Positions 12,946 to 23,586 of a stretch of DNA of 64,000 bases are shown here, piece by piece. The stretch is from Takakia lepidozioides (Eukaryota; Plantae; Bryophyta), in assembly GCA_030704615.1 (NCBI GenBank), contig CM060734.1:27218001-27282000 (forward strand), in the 5' to 3' direction. The notes under the pieces were generated by a model that saw only the letters and a program-made list of their open reading frames with translations, did no database searches and was not told the DNA's origin. Each line of letters starts with the position of its first letter. The first letter of the stretch is position 1. The translations under genes and the position numbers were made by a program.

Positions 12946-14814
12946 TCATTCTGGTGTCTGATCCAGAATGGACAGGCTGCCTTGCGATGTAATTCCCCCT
13001 TGGATTACCCTGATAGTTGCCCTGGGATTACCTTGGTAATTCCCTCTTGGATTACCTCTCCCTGCCATACCATTGTTATAACCACCAGGGCTTCCATAGT
13101 GGTCCTGATCATTGTTTCTTCTTGGCTGGGGCAGCACTTGATGCACCCTTACTTGCCTAGGTTCTCTTGCAGTTGTCCTTTTATTGTAATAACAATTCTC
13201 AGTAGAATCTTTATCCATTTTACAGATAGTACAATGTTTCTCCTTCATGTGGCATTCAGCTGTGGTACGGCCTTCATTCTGGCATTTTGCACACCAAACA
13301 CCTTTCCTCCAATGTGTTGCAGCCTCTATGGCATACTTCTTCAAGATTTCCTCCAGCCTCTTTTCATAGTTGTCCCTCTTCAACTTCTCCTTCTTCTTAC
13401 TTTTCCTCTTGAGCTCCTGCTCTTCTTCTTCATCTGACTCATCTTCAGAGTCATCTTCATCCCTTTTATCTCTCCTAAGCATTCCCAATTGCTCAATTCT
13501 GTTGGCTGTTTCAAATGCCTCTTCCACTGTATTATGGGGTAGCATATCCACTTTCTTTTGTAATTCAGGTCTTAATCCACTCACAAACCAGGTCTTCTGT
13601 AACCCTGGTGCTGACACAACAGCTAGTTTTTTCATCATCAACTCCATCTTTTCCATGTACTCTTCAACAGTTTCATGCTTCTTTTGCTTTAACTGTTGTA
13701 AACTCCCATACACTTCATCCTCAGTTTTGCTTGTCCTGAACGTGTTTCAGAATGCTGTACTAAGATCATTCCAGGTTAGGAAATGATTATCAAGAAATTT
13801 TGCATACCACTCACTTGCTTTCTTGATAAGTGAACAAGGAAACAGTCTCATCTTGGCATCATCGCCATTCTCATTGTTGACAATACACATGTGCTCAAAT
13901 TGGCTGATGTGTACATCAGGATCCCCTTTCCCTGCATATATTGGAAAAGGTGGTTTTGCCCATATTGGAGGTACCGCCATCTGTGGCCCTACACCCTGCC
14001 CACTGACAGGTACTGGTCCTCCTGTTCATGCTGGTCCTTGAGGACCTACTGTTGTAGTGGTGGTAATTCCACCAGGTGTTGGCCCCTGAGCACTCCCTGC
14101 TACTGGCCCCCCTACACTTACAGTATTCCCAGCTCCAGTTACACTGCTTCCCACACTCCCTGTCCCCCCAGAGCCAGATCCAAGCTGCCCGCCTGATCCC
14201 CCTGAGCCGACAGCTTCGTTGGCCTGTGATCCAAGTGCTTCACTTGATCCAGGTCCAACAGGTTGGGATGTCTTGGTTGTAGTCTCAACCTCAACTGTTG
14301 GGTCTACTTCTTCATACTCTTCATTTTCCAAATTCTTCTCTCTGTTTTCATCTTCCAAGTTCTTCTCTTGGTTTTCTTCTTCCTCACTCATATAACTCAA
14401 TTGGAGTGGTGTTGGAGAGTCTGAACTCTCTGTTGGCTCTGCCACATCCTCCTCTCCTTCTTTGTCTTGTGCTTCAGAAACTGGAGTCCCTGCTTTTGGT
14501 GTTCCATGCCAACCCTGATCAAAGATTTCTGTCAAATCTTTAATCCAGGGATGTACCTCAGATCTCTCCCCTCGTGGCTGATCCTCTTCCTGTACCAAAT
14601 CCCTTAATCTTTCTTGTAAAGAATAAGAAGGAGTGGCATCCAACTCTGGTTCCTCCGGTATGGGTGATGTACTCTCTGATCTTAATGGTGTGAGAGGTCC
14701 AGATGATTCCCCTATGTCTATTCCTCTCTCCCAAAGATATGGATAATTAGCTTTCAAATAACTTTCTCTTTTCGCTGAATATCTGTGAAGTCTAGCTTCT
14801 CTTTCATCACTCAT
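12946..14814 (-). pseudogene. gag: Gypsy gag (acidic/Gly-rich N-terminus, retrotransposon capsid domain, two degenerate Zn knuckles)
   Basis: YAGKGDPDVHISQF…LFPCSL…ASEWY…TWNDLSTAF; LKQKKHETVEEYM…FVSGLRPEL; CAKCQNEGRTTAEC and CTICKMDKDSTENC. Confidence 0.85.
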
Positions 14815-14834
14815 GTCCCATGTCCTTCATATCT

Positions 14835-15400
14835 TCAATGAAGCAATAACCAAAACTCTCTCCTGTGGTATCTCTCGTATATGCCTGGATTTCTTTCAAG
14901 CTTCAATGCACCCTTGGCTATACTAGAAGTCTCCGTTACCATATAACCATATGGCAAGCACGTCTGAAAAGCTATTCTTGGTATAAGTTTGATCCACAGG
15001 ATATCCTTAGGAATCCAATTCTTTACCAGTACCAATTCTTCATGCATATGAGTATAAACATTCACTTTCTGTTCCTCCCAGCCTTCAAACTCCACTCGTT
15101 TAATGGATAGCAATGCTATCACATAAACCAGTGTCGGTAACCAACTTGCTCTCCCTCTACAGGCCACTTGATAAATCTTTATCACTCCTTTCTCCAGACC
15201 CCACTCAGGATCAGCATCATGGACTCTCTTAAGAATGTTTTCTTTGCAACCGTCTGGCAATTCCAGGAATCTCTGAAAGAATTGCTTGGAGAATCTTTCT
15301 TTCTCAGTTCCACAGGGAATTTGATTCACATCAAATTCTTTAATGCTCCATCCACCATGATCCCACCAGATGTCTGTCACATCTGGTTGTTCTTGACCTA
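14835..15400 (-). CDS. Extra ORF of unknown function between PBS and gag
   Basis: Open frame 14835..15530. About 190 codons lie internal to the PBS and the annotated ATG lies inside the LTR. No recognisable motif. Confidence 0.45.
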
Positions 15401-15402
15401 GT

Positions 15403-15422
15403 TCCCCAGTATGGTCGCCAAA
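15403..15422 (-). promoter_or_regulatory. Primer-binding site, probably tRNA-Arg
   Basis: Minus strand TGGCGACCATACTGGGGA, 2 nt after the LTR end …TCGACA. Resembles the complement of the plant tRNA-Arg(UCG) 3' end as recalled, not checked. Confidence 0.75.
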
Positions 15423-15817
15423 TGTCGAGCGGCTTTTACTCACCCATCCCTTTGCTATCCGAGGTGGGAACTCCAAGATAGAAGAGTTGGATATCTCTAA
15501 GCACTCAGCCCGCTCAGAACAATCAGTCATGACCTATAGCTAGTGTATCATGGAAGTGCTTCCTGTTTGTATTCCTTCTTGCCTTCATGTCAGCAAATTA
15601 CCTTACTGTTTATATTTAAGCATCAGATTGCTTCAGCAATCTATCAGGTTCCAATCACTCATCCATTCATTCCACAGCTTCACTCTGGTCTCTCTACACA
15701 GTGTGAGTGTATCAAATATGTATCAGATTAAGTTTTATCAAATATCAGGCCGAAGCCATGGTGTCCCTAGTCTGCTCTACAGTATATCTCTACAGCTTGC
15801 ATGAATCAGTTACAGAT
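15423..15817 (-). repeat. 3' half of the Gypsy copy-1 5' LTR
   Basis: Matches 38365-~38750 of the complete LTR and ends …TCGACA on the minus strand. Confidence 0.92.
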
Positions 15818-15956
15818 TGCTTTCCAGCTCCATTCGAAGTTGTCTCCACAAGTTGCTTTTCTTCCTTGTTACGATGTTCCATAAACTTTGATGCACCAAC
15901 ATGTGTTGCATCTTGTATTTCCAAAGAGCAAAGTCTTCACCACCAAATCTATCCAT
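15812..15956 (-). pseudogene. gag: N-terminus of the Copia gag, displaced by inversion
   Basis: Minus strand reads MDRFGGEDFALWKYKMQHMLVHQSLWNIVT(fs)EEKQLVETTSNGAGKQS and continues in frame into SVGGSLKTDEVSKW at 29026+. Confidence 0.85.
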
Positions 15957-16030
15957 GAGCGGGGGGTGCTATTCCGTGAGCCGGGAGGCGTGAGTCTGTG
16001 AGCCCAGGAGCCCGTGAGCCCAGCACAGGT
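15957..16030 (+). mobile_element. Probable DNA-transposon terminus with subterminal GTGAGCC repeats
   Basis: Starts exactly where Copia homology ends: gagcggggggtgctattccgtgagcc, with GTGAG(C/T)C four times. Similar to the terminus at 47482. Confidence 0.45.
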
Positions 16031-17047
16031 TCACGCCACGTCAGCATGCATGCAGGGCCTATTTCCACGGGTGTCATCTATTACCGCGGGTTGATAAGCC
16101 CTTTCCAGGGAATGTAGACTGGATGTATTACATCCATTGTATCCATCATTTCTATCCATTGCATCCATTTAGACGTTATTAACATACCAAGCCCTTGCAT
16201 GGGAATGTGGCTACGTCGTGAGCAGGTGCACACTCACATCATCCAAAGCGGATCCCTGCGAAATGTTTTCCTACTCACCACCCTTGCGAACATGTATGGT
16301 ATGTGTGGGAACATCATGGATGTTCACCAGAAGAATGCCTGAACGATCTTTGATCACGTGGACTTTAACGTGATGGATTTACCAAGCATTCTTCTAGCAG
16401 GAATGGTTTGGAGACCAACGAGCAAATGATGCGAGAATGAACTGCCCAAACCAAAGACGTTTGTTTGTTTTTGCAATGCATACAAGCCTGTGAGCTCCGT
16501 GTCAACCATTAATGCACCCCATTAACAGTTGCATACTTAATTTAGGGTTCGTGTTAGACAGAGCTAGGTTAGGTCCCGAAGGTGCCGCCTAGCCCCGAGG
16601 GTGCTGCTAGTGTGGATTATATTTTTTCTATGTTATAGGTGTTTTGCGTTTGTAATTTGTAACCAACAGTTAGTACTAACTCACTGACGTATTTACGAAA
16701 ACAATAGTCCAGGAATAAGCAATGCGAATGTATAATTACCCTTGGTATAAGGGTTATGATTATTTTAGAGGAGAGATATCTAGTGTAAATATTAATTATT
16801 CAGTAAACAACAACAAATTAATTTCAATTAATCAACTTTAGTATTTCTTTTCTTTTTGAATACCTTTATGTATATGTTCAAAGGGTAGAGATACCGATTT
16901 ATCTAGTTTTTACTAGTACCCATTAATCTAGGTGAGTCAAGAATATATAATTAATTAGACCATTCTGAGGAAATGATCAGTCCAACTTACTATAACCAAA
17001 AATAAAAGAAGAGAGTCAAAACTAACTATAGGAAGTAGTGTGGCAAC

Positions 17048-17262
17048 TATTGGGATTTGAAACCCCAACCTCGAATGTGCAAACGTAATCTCTAACCGAT
17101 AAGTCCCTCAAGTTATATTCAATGATAACTTGTCTATCTAAGTACTTATAGGGCTATTACAAAGGTTCTGAACAGATGAACAAAACTATATAAATTACGG
17201 CCTGCAGGAGTTGAACCCCAAACCACGAGGGTGTAGACTACCGGACTAACCATCAAACTAAT
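17048..17262 (-). other. Two tandem degenerate tRNA-like (Pol III A/B-box) motifs in AT-rich repeat DNA
   Basis: Minus strand TAGTTTGATGG…GGTTCAACTCC (17260-17206) and …ATCGGTTAGA…GGTTTCAAATCC (17100-17053). No intact cloverleaf. Confidence 0.4.
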
Positions 17263-18605
17263 ATAGAGATGTTGTTGCAAGGTGGTTGCTTTTAGTTATT
17301 TAAAAACAATACTCCAAGCTCACTCTTTAACATGGCCTGGCAGTTAGAATTCCTTGTTTTCAAAAATTCATAAGTCCCTCCTACATTCTTCGATTCACTT
17401 TCCGTAAATCAGCTGTAACCTAAGATTTACTCCACAAGATTCTAGAATTATTTTGTGAATCAAAGTTCATAAAAAGGTTTTTAACTCAAATCGTATCTGC
17501 TCATAATAATAATAAAACTATTTGCAGTCAAGAATTGCCCTTGTTCAAAAATTCATAATTCTGCACTCACCACTTGTTTTCCTTACATTTGAATCAGATT
17601 CCCATTAACATTCTTCCTTCTATGAGATTCAATCAGCACCTCTTCTAGATCATCCAAACACTAATTAAGGTCTCAGCTTGAAGTTAGTAATTTAAGCAAT
17701 AAGATTTGATGTGTTGGGCCAACAAAGAAAACAACTAAGTCACATCCTAGTATGATTTTCCAGTTGAAAATCGATAGGGCGGTATTCTGATGATTAGCCG
17801 CCTTCAATTTAAGTACCCCAGGCTCATTACATGGAAAAGATAGAAGAGAACAGAGCAGGAAGAAAGAAGCAAAAGAAAACAACCAACCAAAACGAGACAA
17901 TTTTACAATGATTTGGCGGTAGCTTAGGAGTGCTAGATTTCCAAGGTCGTTTCCCCTAGCGCGGCGTAAATCTAGGACTGTCTAGGATACCTGAAATTCA
18001 GATTCAAGGCTGTCTCTATAGAACTCCAAGTAGGTATAGAGGGTAATCTTCTACAACATAATCAACTATTCGAGGTAGATTTTCTTCACACGGTGCTCAC
18101 TCGAGCACGAGTCCCAAGTTGATGTCGCTGATGGTGCAGGTTTAATGAATTCTGTTCACGGATTGATCTGAATTGCTATGGTATGAACGATCTATCAGAT
18201 TATAAGAGGGTAGGTACATGAATACTCAAAAGAAATCTAGACAGTAACAACTTCTCTACTTCAATCATGCAAGTCTCGGCGTACCACACGACTGACTCAC
18301 GTTCACTAACACGGCACCTTGATTCCAACGGCGTGCGGCTGCAATGTTTAATAAAAACCAGTTCACTATACACCGTTCCTCTTCACTACAACATCTAGCC
18401 TACATTAAAAAGAGAAAAAGGGCGAAGAGAAAGAGAGCGAAGAAGGAGAGAGCGAAGAGAAAGAGCAAGAGCGAGAGAAAATAAGAACTCGATTGTTTGT
18501 TCTCTCTTTCGCCGGCTGATTTATATCAGTCCGTCGCCCTACATCCGTCACTTGTTTTGACCACTTTCATCCATCCATTTCTCCAAAAAATAATAAATTA
18601 CTACT

Positions 18606-18630
18606 GGTGCATTTAAGCACCGACACCTAG
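18606..18630 (+). mobile_element. Helitron-like 3' terminus
   Basis: Hairpin GGTGC-ATTTAA-GCACC, 5 nt, then CTAG followed by T. 5' end not identified. Confidence 0.4.
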
Positions 18631-19029
18631 TTAGAGTTTTTAATTAATTTTCCCTAGAGTGTTCATTAATATAATATATAATCTTTTTTGTTTTAATCCT
18701 TCAGATCTGCGCCCTCCACCTGAACGGTCCAGATCGAACCATGTGTTTTTTCCTCCATCCATTGTCATCTGTCCAAAAATCCAGTCTGTAATCCATTCAT
18801 CCATGGTTCCATCCGCTGATTTCACCCATTTTCATCCTTCCTCATAATTTTCATCCATCTGTAACTTTCATCCCTCCAGGGACATGACCAACTTAAGTTG
18901 GTACATGACCAACTTAAATTGATACATGAACTGTTTTTAAATCCTCATGAATGTTGCTCCTCATCCATGTCATTCATCCATTTGGGAAGTGGGGATTGCT
19001 ACCCTTGATCAACCAATATCCAGCGGTTC

Positions 19030-19679
19030 ACCTTTATCCTTGTTTTCCCATTAGCTCCCTTTCCCTGCTATGTTGAGATCGGGGAGAGGTTCCCATGCCT
19101 GAAGTAGCGAATTGTAGCGTTGTTCTGAGAGTCGTCTGCTGGTGAGATCCTCCAGCAAGATAAGCATATTTTCCTGCATTTGCTAACTTACAAAGACCTC
19201 GATCCTGAATCATTCTTGGCGCTGAAGACTATTCATGGATTTCTAGATCATACCTCCATACCATGTAATCTCTAGAGTACTGTCCGCAAACCAAAGGCTG
19301 AGTTCCTGTAACTGCCGACTATTTGTCAGAAACTTCAAAGGTATAATCCACAGGGCAGTCTAGCAGACATTGCCAATGCGTACTAACGGAATCACACGCC
19401 CACCACCTCCGTGCACTTATGAGAGGCTGTACAGTGTGTGCAGGCCCAGCTAGCATGTAAACCCATTCCTCCTTGATCTCTACCCGTTTGGTGAATCTCA
19501 AAGACGTCGTTGCGGCCTTCGTCATCAACCACCGCTAGCGCATTCTGCCATTTCTTACAACCACCTGTCAACGATAAATAATAAGAGCGATGCACCCGTG
19601 CAACGCATTCTAGTGTCACATGGTCTGTCAACCCCGGAATCAAGGAGTTGTCCTTCGACTGGTCCTCTGTCTCTGCCAT
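19030..19679 (-). pseudogene. F-box/kelch-repeat protein pseudogene
   Basis: LIPGLTDHVTLECVARV…CKKWQNAL (plant F-box), EEWVYMLA, then kelch-like VWRYDLEIHE*SSAPRMIQDRGLCKLANAGKYAYLAGG. Frameshifts and stops. Confidence 0.85.
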
Positions 19680-22037
19680 TGCTAGAATTCCATTTTATTT
19701 ATGATTTCTTAATATGATTTCATACTAAACTTCATAAAATATATACTAATGTACATCAAATGTGCTATTCTAAATTATGATCCGAAAAAATGATCGACAC
19801 TCCGGAAAACACTAAAGAGATTGAAGGAACAATCCGGGCAGTCCATGCAACCCCCATTTCCAACGATAGTTTGTTCCCGGGAATTTGCATCCCACGCACA
19901 CATTGCAAACATGACAACAAGGACACACAACCATCCCATTTCAAAATTGGCCCCGAATAAAAGTGTCACAATCATCAGAATCAGAATCGACCTCTTGTGC
20001 TATGTCATCCACAAAGATTTCGGCCCCAACACCACGTCTTCTACCACGGCCGTCGATGGTTGGACTGCGAGTGCCATGAACAGACATGCTTGCTGCGAGT
20101 GCCTCCGCATAGACGGGTAGCATGTAAGACTGAGGAGGACTTGAAAGAAGTCCAAAAAGGTGTGATAGCCTTGGAGGGTCAGTGGAAGCACACGGACTCC
20201 TGCACAAGTCGACAAAAACCCATTTTGAATACAATGATGCAATGCACAAGTCCAACGAAGAGGATGTCTCCCATGTGCACTTTGCCTTAAGAACAGTGAT
20301 TCTGGGTATTGAAACAACAATGCAAGCATCCACAGGTTGAACTTACTCACAGGCAAAGTCGGAGTCCAGCTCCTTGTCGGACGTCTCCCCGATATCAATA
20401 TCACCGGGAAGGGGCTTTGGAAGGACTTGAGAAGTTTGTCCACCCAAACCCATCAGGAGGTTATTGTAAATTTTGGCATCCCCTTCAATCCCGAAGAGAC
20501 GTCGTGCACTGGCCTTGCAAGCGTGGTACGAAGCACCTGCAATGGAATAGAAAGGAAACAGACATTGAAGACTCATTTGGAACGGTGGGAAGTGCTGAAA
20601 GTGCAAGCTCAAACAGACCCGATCAAATGTGAATGTTGAAGAGACGAACTTGTGCCCATTGACAAATCCATAACTCTGGCGTCGGTGTAGGTGCAGCACT
20701 CCACAATCGTTTGAATGAAAGCCGGGCTCCTCTCCCTGGCCCCTCTCCAAGGAACCCCATTCCCCCTTCGCAAGCACACATTGTTGTCCATGTAGTTGTG
20801 GTGCATGTCATCCGTGGGAGGATCTGTCATCTCGTCTATGAACTTGTCCCCATGAGTGATGGCGAACTCCCTAATGACGGCTGGAGTCGTAGGTGGATGC
20901 ACTCGGACGAGACAAACAGCTTCAAACAGACGAGTTTGCGAACATGACATCCACAAGGAACTAAGAAGCTTGAAAATCAGGCCCCTACATATTCATTTGA
21001 GCGACTTATGCAACTCCATCCGATAACCACCAAGAAGAGGAATAAGAAGGCAGATTTACCATCTCTCCTGGACGATCCCCCTTCGTCAGGTACATGCTGT
21101 TCACACAATTCCATGTCTTCACGACCCTCATACCGGAGGCTTTCAAATAGCTGGCAAGTGCACGGCGATAGCGAAGGTCGATGGACTGGATGAGCACCAA
21201 AACACCTGCATCGGACAAAAAGAAATTACAAAAGGAGAAAACCCACCGCCAGTAGCGCTCATCAAAAGCATTCCAACCTGGACAAGCACCCGCTGGAGGG
21301 ACATCCGGGACTGGCAACCCATCAGGGATGTCCAGAATGATGAGTTCGGCTGCATATGGCTTCTCCTTCCCGTTCACCCAGGATTTGGTCATTTTAGCCT
21401 GCAAACAAGCATGCAATGGAATGCTCAAGAGGATTGAAATGAGCCATGCCCACAACACACAAGAAGCAAAAGACATCACGCACCGTGCCGAGGAACTCCA
21501 CAATCCTCTCCCACACTGGTGATGGATCGCCCTTGTAATCACATTTCTTGGACTCCATCATGGCAAGGAACCCGACGTTGGCCATCTCCAACCTGGTAGG
21601 GCGAATGACCCTTGTGGGATGCTCCATTGCATGGTACGGGTCCTTAGGATCAACCACCCCCTTGTTCTTTCTCCCGGATCCCCTACCATGCGGTGGAGTC
21701 TCTTTGGTCTGCTGGACATCCGCCGCAGGGCCAGTTTCTGCAACACTTCCCTACCCACCTACCTGCCCTTGCGCTCCCTTCCCCCTACCCCCTCCTTTCC
21801 CCACACCAACAGCAACATACTTTCCCTTTGCCTTTCTACCTTTACCCGGGGTATCCTGAGCGGGAGGCTCCTTCTCTGCAAGTGTCCTCAAATTTCTATC
21901 ATGAATCTCGAGGTCGGCAACTGCGGTGGTGGCTGCTACACGCTCATTCTCTCTCCTCAAAGACACCTCCTGCACTGAGGTCTCTAAAACAGGGGAATAC
22001 CAACCACAGGCAGAAAGATGGTCTGGGCCCCAGTTTG

Positions 22038-22477
22038 CACTGGGACCTATCAGAGGGTACATTGAACACATTGGCCAAGTCTCAAAACGAACAAAAATCA
22101 TTTGGATGGGCAACCATCCGTCGGCCCATTGAACGAATTTCGATTGATCTCATATTACTCTGGGGCCTCTTCTATGGCACATTGAACATATTGGCCAAGT
22201 CTCAAAGCGAACCAAAATCATCTCGATGGCCAACCATCTGTTGAGCCATTGAATGAATTTTGATTGATCTGATACTAGTCCGGGACCTGTGAGATGGTGT
22301 CTCAAACGTACTGGCAAAGTTTGGAAGCAAACAAAAATGATTTGGATGGGCAACCATCCGTTCACCCGTTGAATGTATTCCGCTGGATCTGCTATTGCTT
22401 TGGGACCTGTTGGACTGTGTTTCGCGTGCTCACGATTCTTTTTTCATTCGGTTTTTGAATGGGGCGTGTAATGTAGC
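22038..22477. repeat. ~440-bp block of ~120-bp tandem units, directly duplicated at 23147-23586 (intronic)
   Basis: cactgggacctatcagagggtacattgaacac…ggggcgt(g/a)taatgtag is present twice. Internal units start at ~22040, 22160, 22282 and 22401. Confidence 0.9.
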
Positions 22478-23146
22478 CATATGCAACGTGCGTGCCAAAT
22501 TTGGGAGCGAACATAATTCATTTGGACCCAAAACCACAGTTTTTTCCCTGTTTTGCACTCCAAACTTGATTTGTGTTCATCTTCATGCATTCTTAATAGA
22601 GAGTTCTGCAATAGTGAGCGAAGAGAACACTTTTTTTTTGGGGCATTTTTTATTGGTCCAAATTTTGGCGGGGGAGTAGTGGTGGGATGCTGGAAGCCGC
22701 AGAACAAAATCGAGCCAAAAACAAAATCGATACGTGCTAGAAACCCCCACTGAAAGGCAGTGCAAACCTATTTATTGGCTTAAAATTAATTTATATTCAA
22801 TTACATTATGGAATGGCTTGGTGTCGATGGGGAGGTAAATGATTTATTCGTCTGTTGTATCTCCACACATGTGTCGCACACATGTTCAAGCACATGCGGG
22901 AAAAAGAGGGGCTTCAACCACATCCGTTCAATGGGTGCAATAGCCGTGCACGCATTGCATGATTTATTTTTTTGGAAGTTGGGGTAGCGGTGGTCGCTTG
23001 GTGACTGCAGGAAATTTGTGGACTGGTGTCACATAAATCGTTTGTGGCCCAGAGATAGGCATGATCCACAAACCAAACAACAAAAACCAGATGACAACTG
23101 AACGCCTCATTGGCCCATCGAACGAATTTTGATTGATCTCATATTA

Positions 23147-23586
23147 CACTGGGACCTATCAGAGGGTACATTGAACACACTGGCCAAGTCTCAAAACGAA
23201 CGAAAGTCATTTGGATGGGCAACCATCCGTCGGCCCATTGAACGAGTTTCGATTGATCTCATATTACTCTGGGGCCTCTTCCATGGCACATTGAACATAC
23301 TGGCCAAGTCTCAAAGCGAACCAAAATCATCTCGATGGCCAACCATATGTTTAGCCATCAAATTAATTTTCGATTGATCTGATATTAGTTCGGGACCTGT
23401 GAGAGGGTGTCTCGAACGTACTGGCAAAGTTTGGAAGCAAACAAAAATGATTTGGATGGGCAACCATCCGTTCACCCGTTGAATGTATTCCGCTGGATCT
23501 GCTATTGCTTTGGGACCTGTTGGACTGTGTTTTGCGTGCTCATGATTCTTTTTCCATTCGGTTTTTGAATGGGGCGTATAATGTAG
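23147..23586. repeat. Second copy of the 22038-22477 block
   Basis: Near-identical by eye. Abuts and apparently truncates the exon ending at ~23588. Confidence 0.9.

Larger units (their letters stand above)
8825..15817 (-). mobile_element. Ty3/Gypsy LTR retrotransposon, non-chromovirus (Athila/Phygy-like, no extra archaeal RNase H seen), copy 1; 3' end lost, 5' LTR split by inversion
   Basis: Order LTR-PBS-ORF-gag-PR-RT-RH-INT on the minus strand. Homology to copy 2 stops at ~8825, where the hairpin module is joined. Confidence 0.95.

Noticed and set aside
12559-13786. Long plus-strand ORFs (292 aa, 138 aa) and similar ones at 27746..28579 and 41968..42513
   Set aside because: Ser/Phe/Leu-rich antisense shadows of minus-strand coding sequence.
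17048-17262. Functional tRNA genes (also the heads at ~2000 and ~60200)
   Set aside because: Only A/B boxes remain; acceptor and anticodon stems do not pair.
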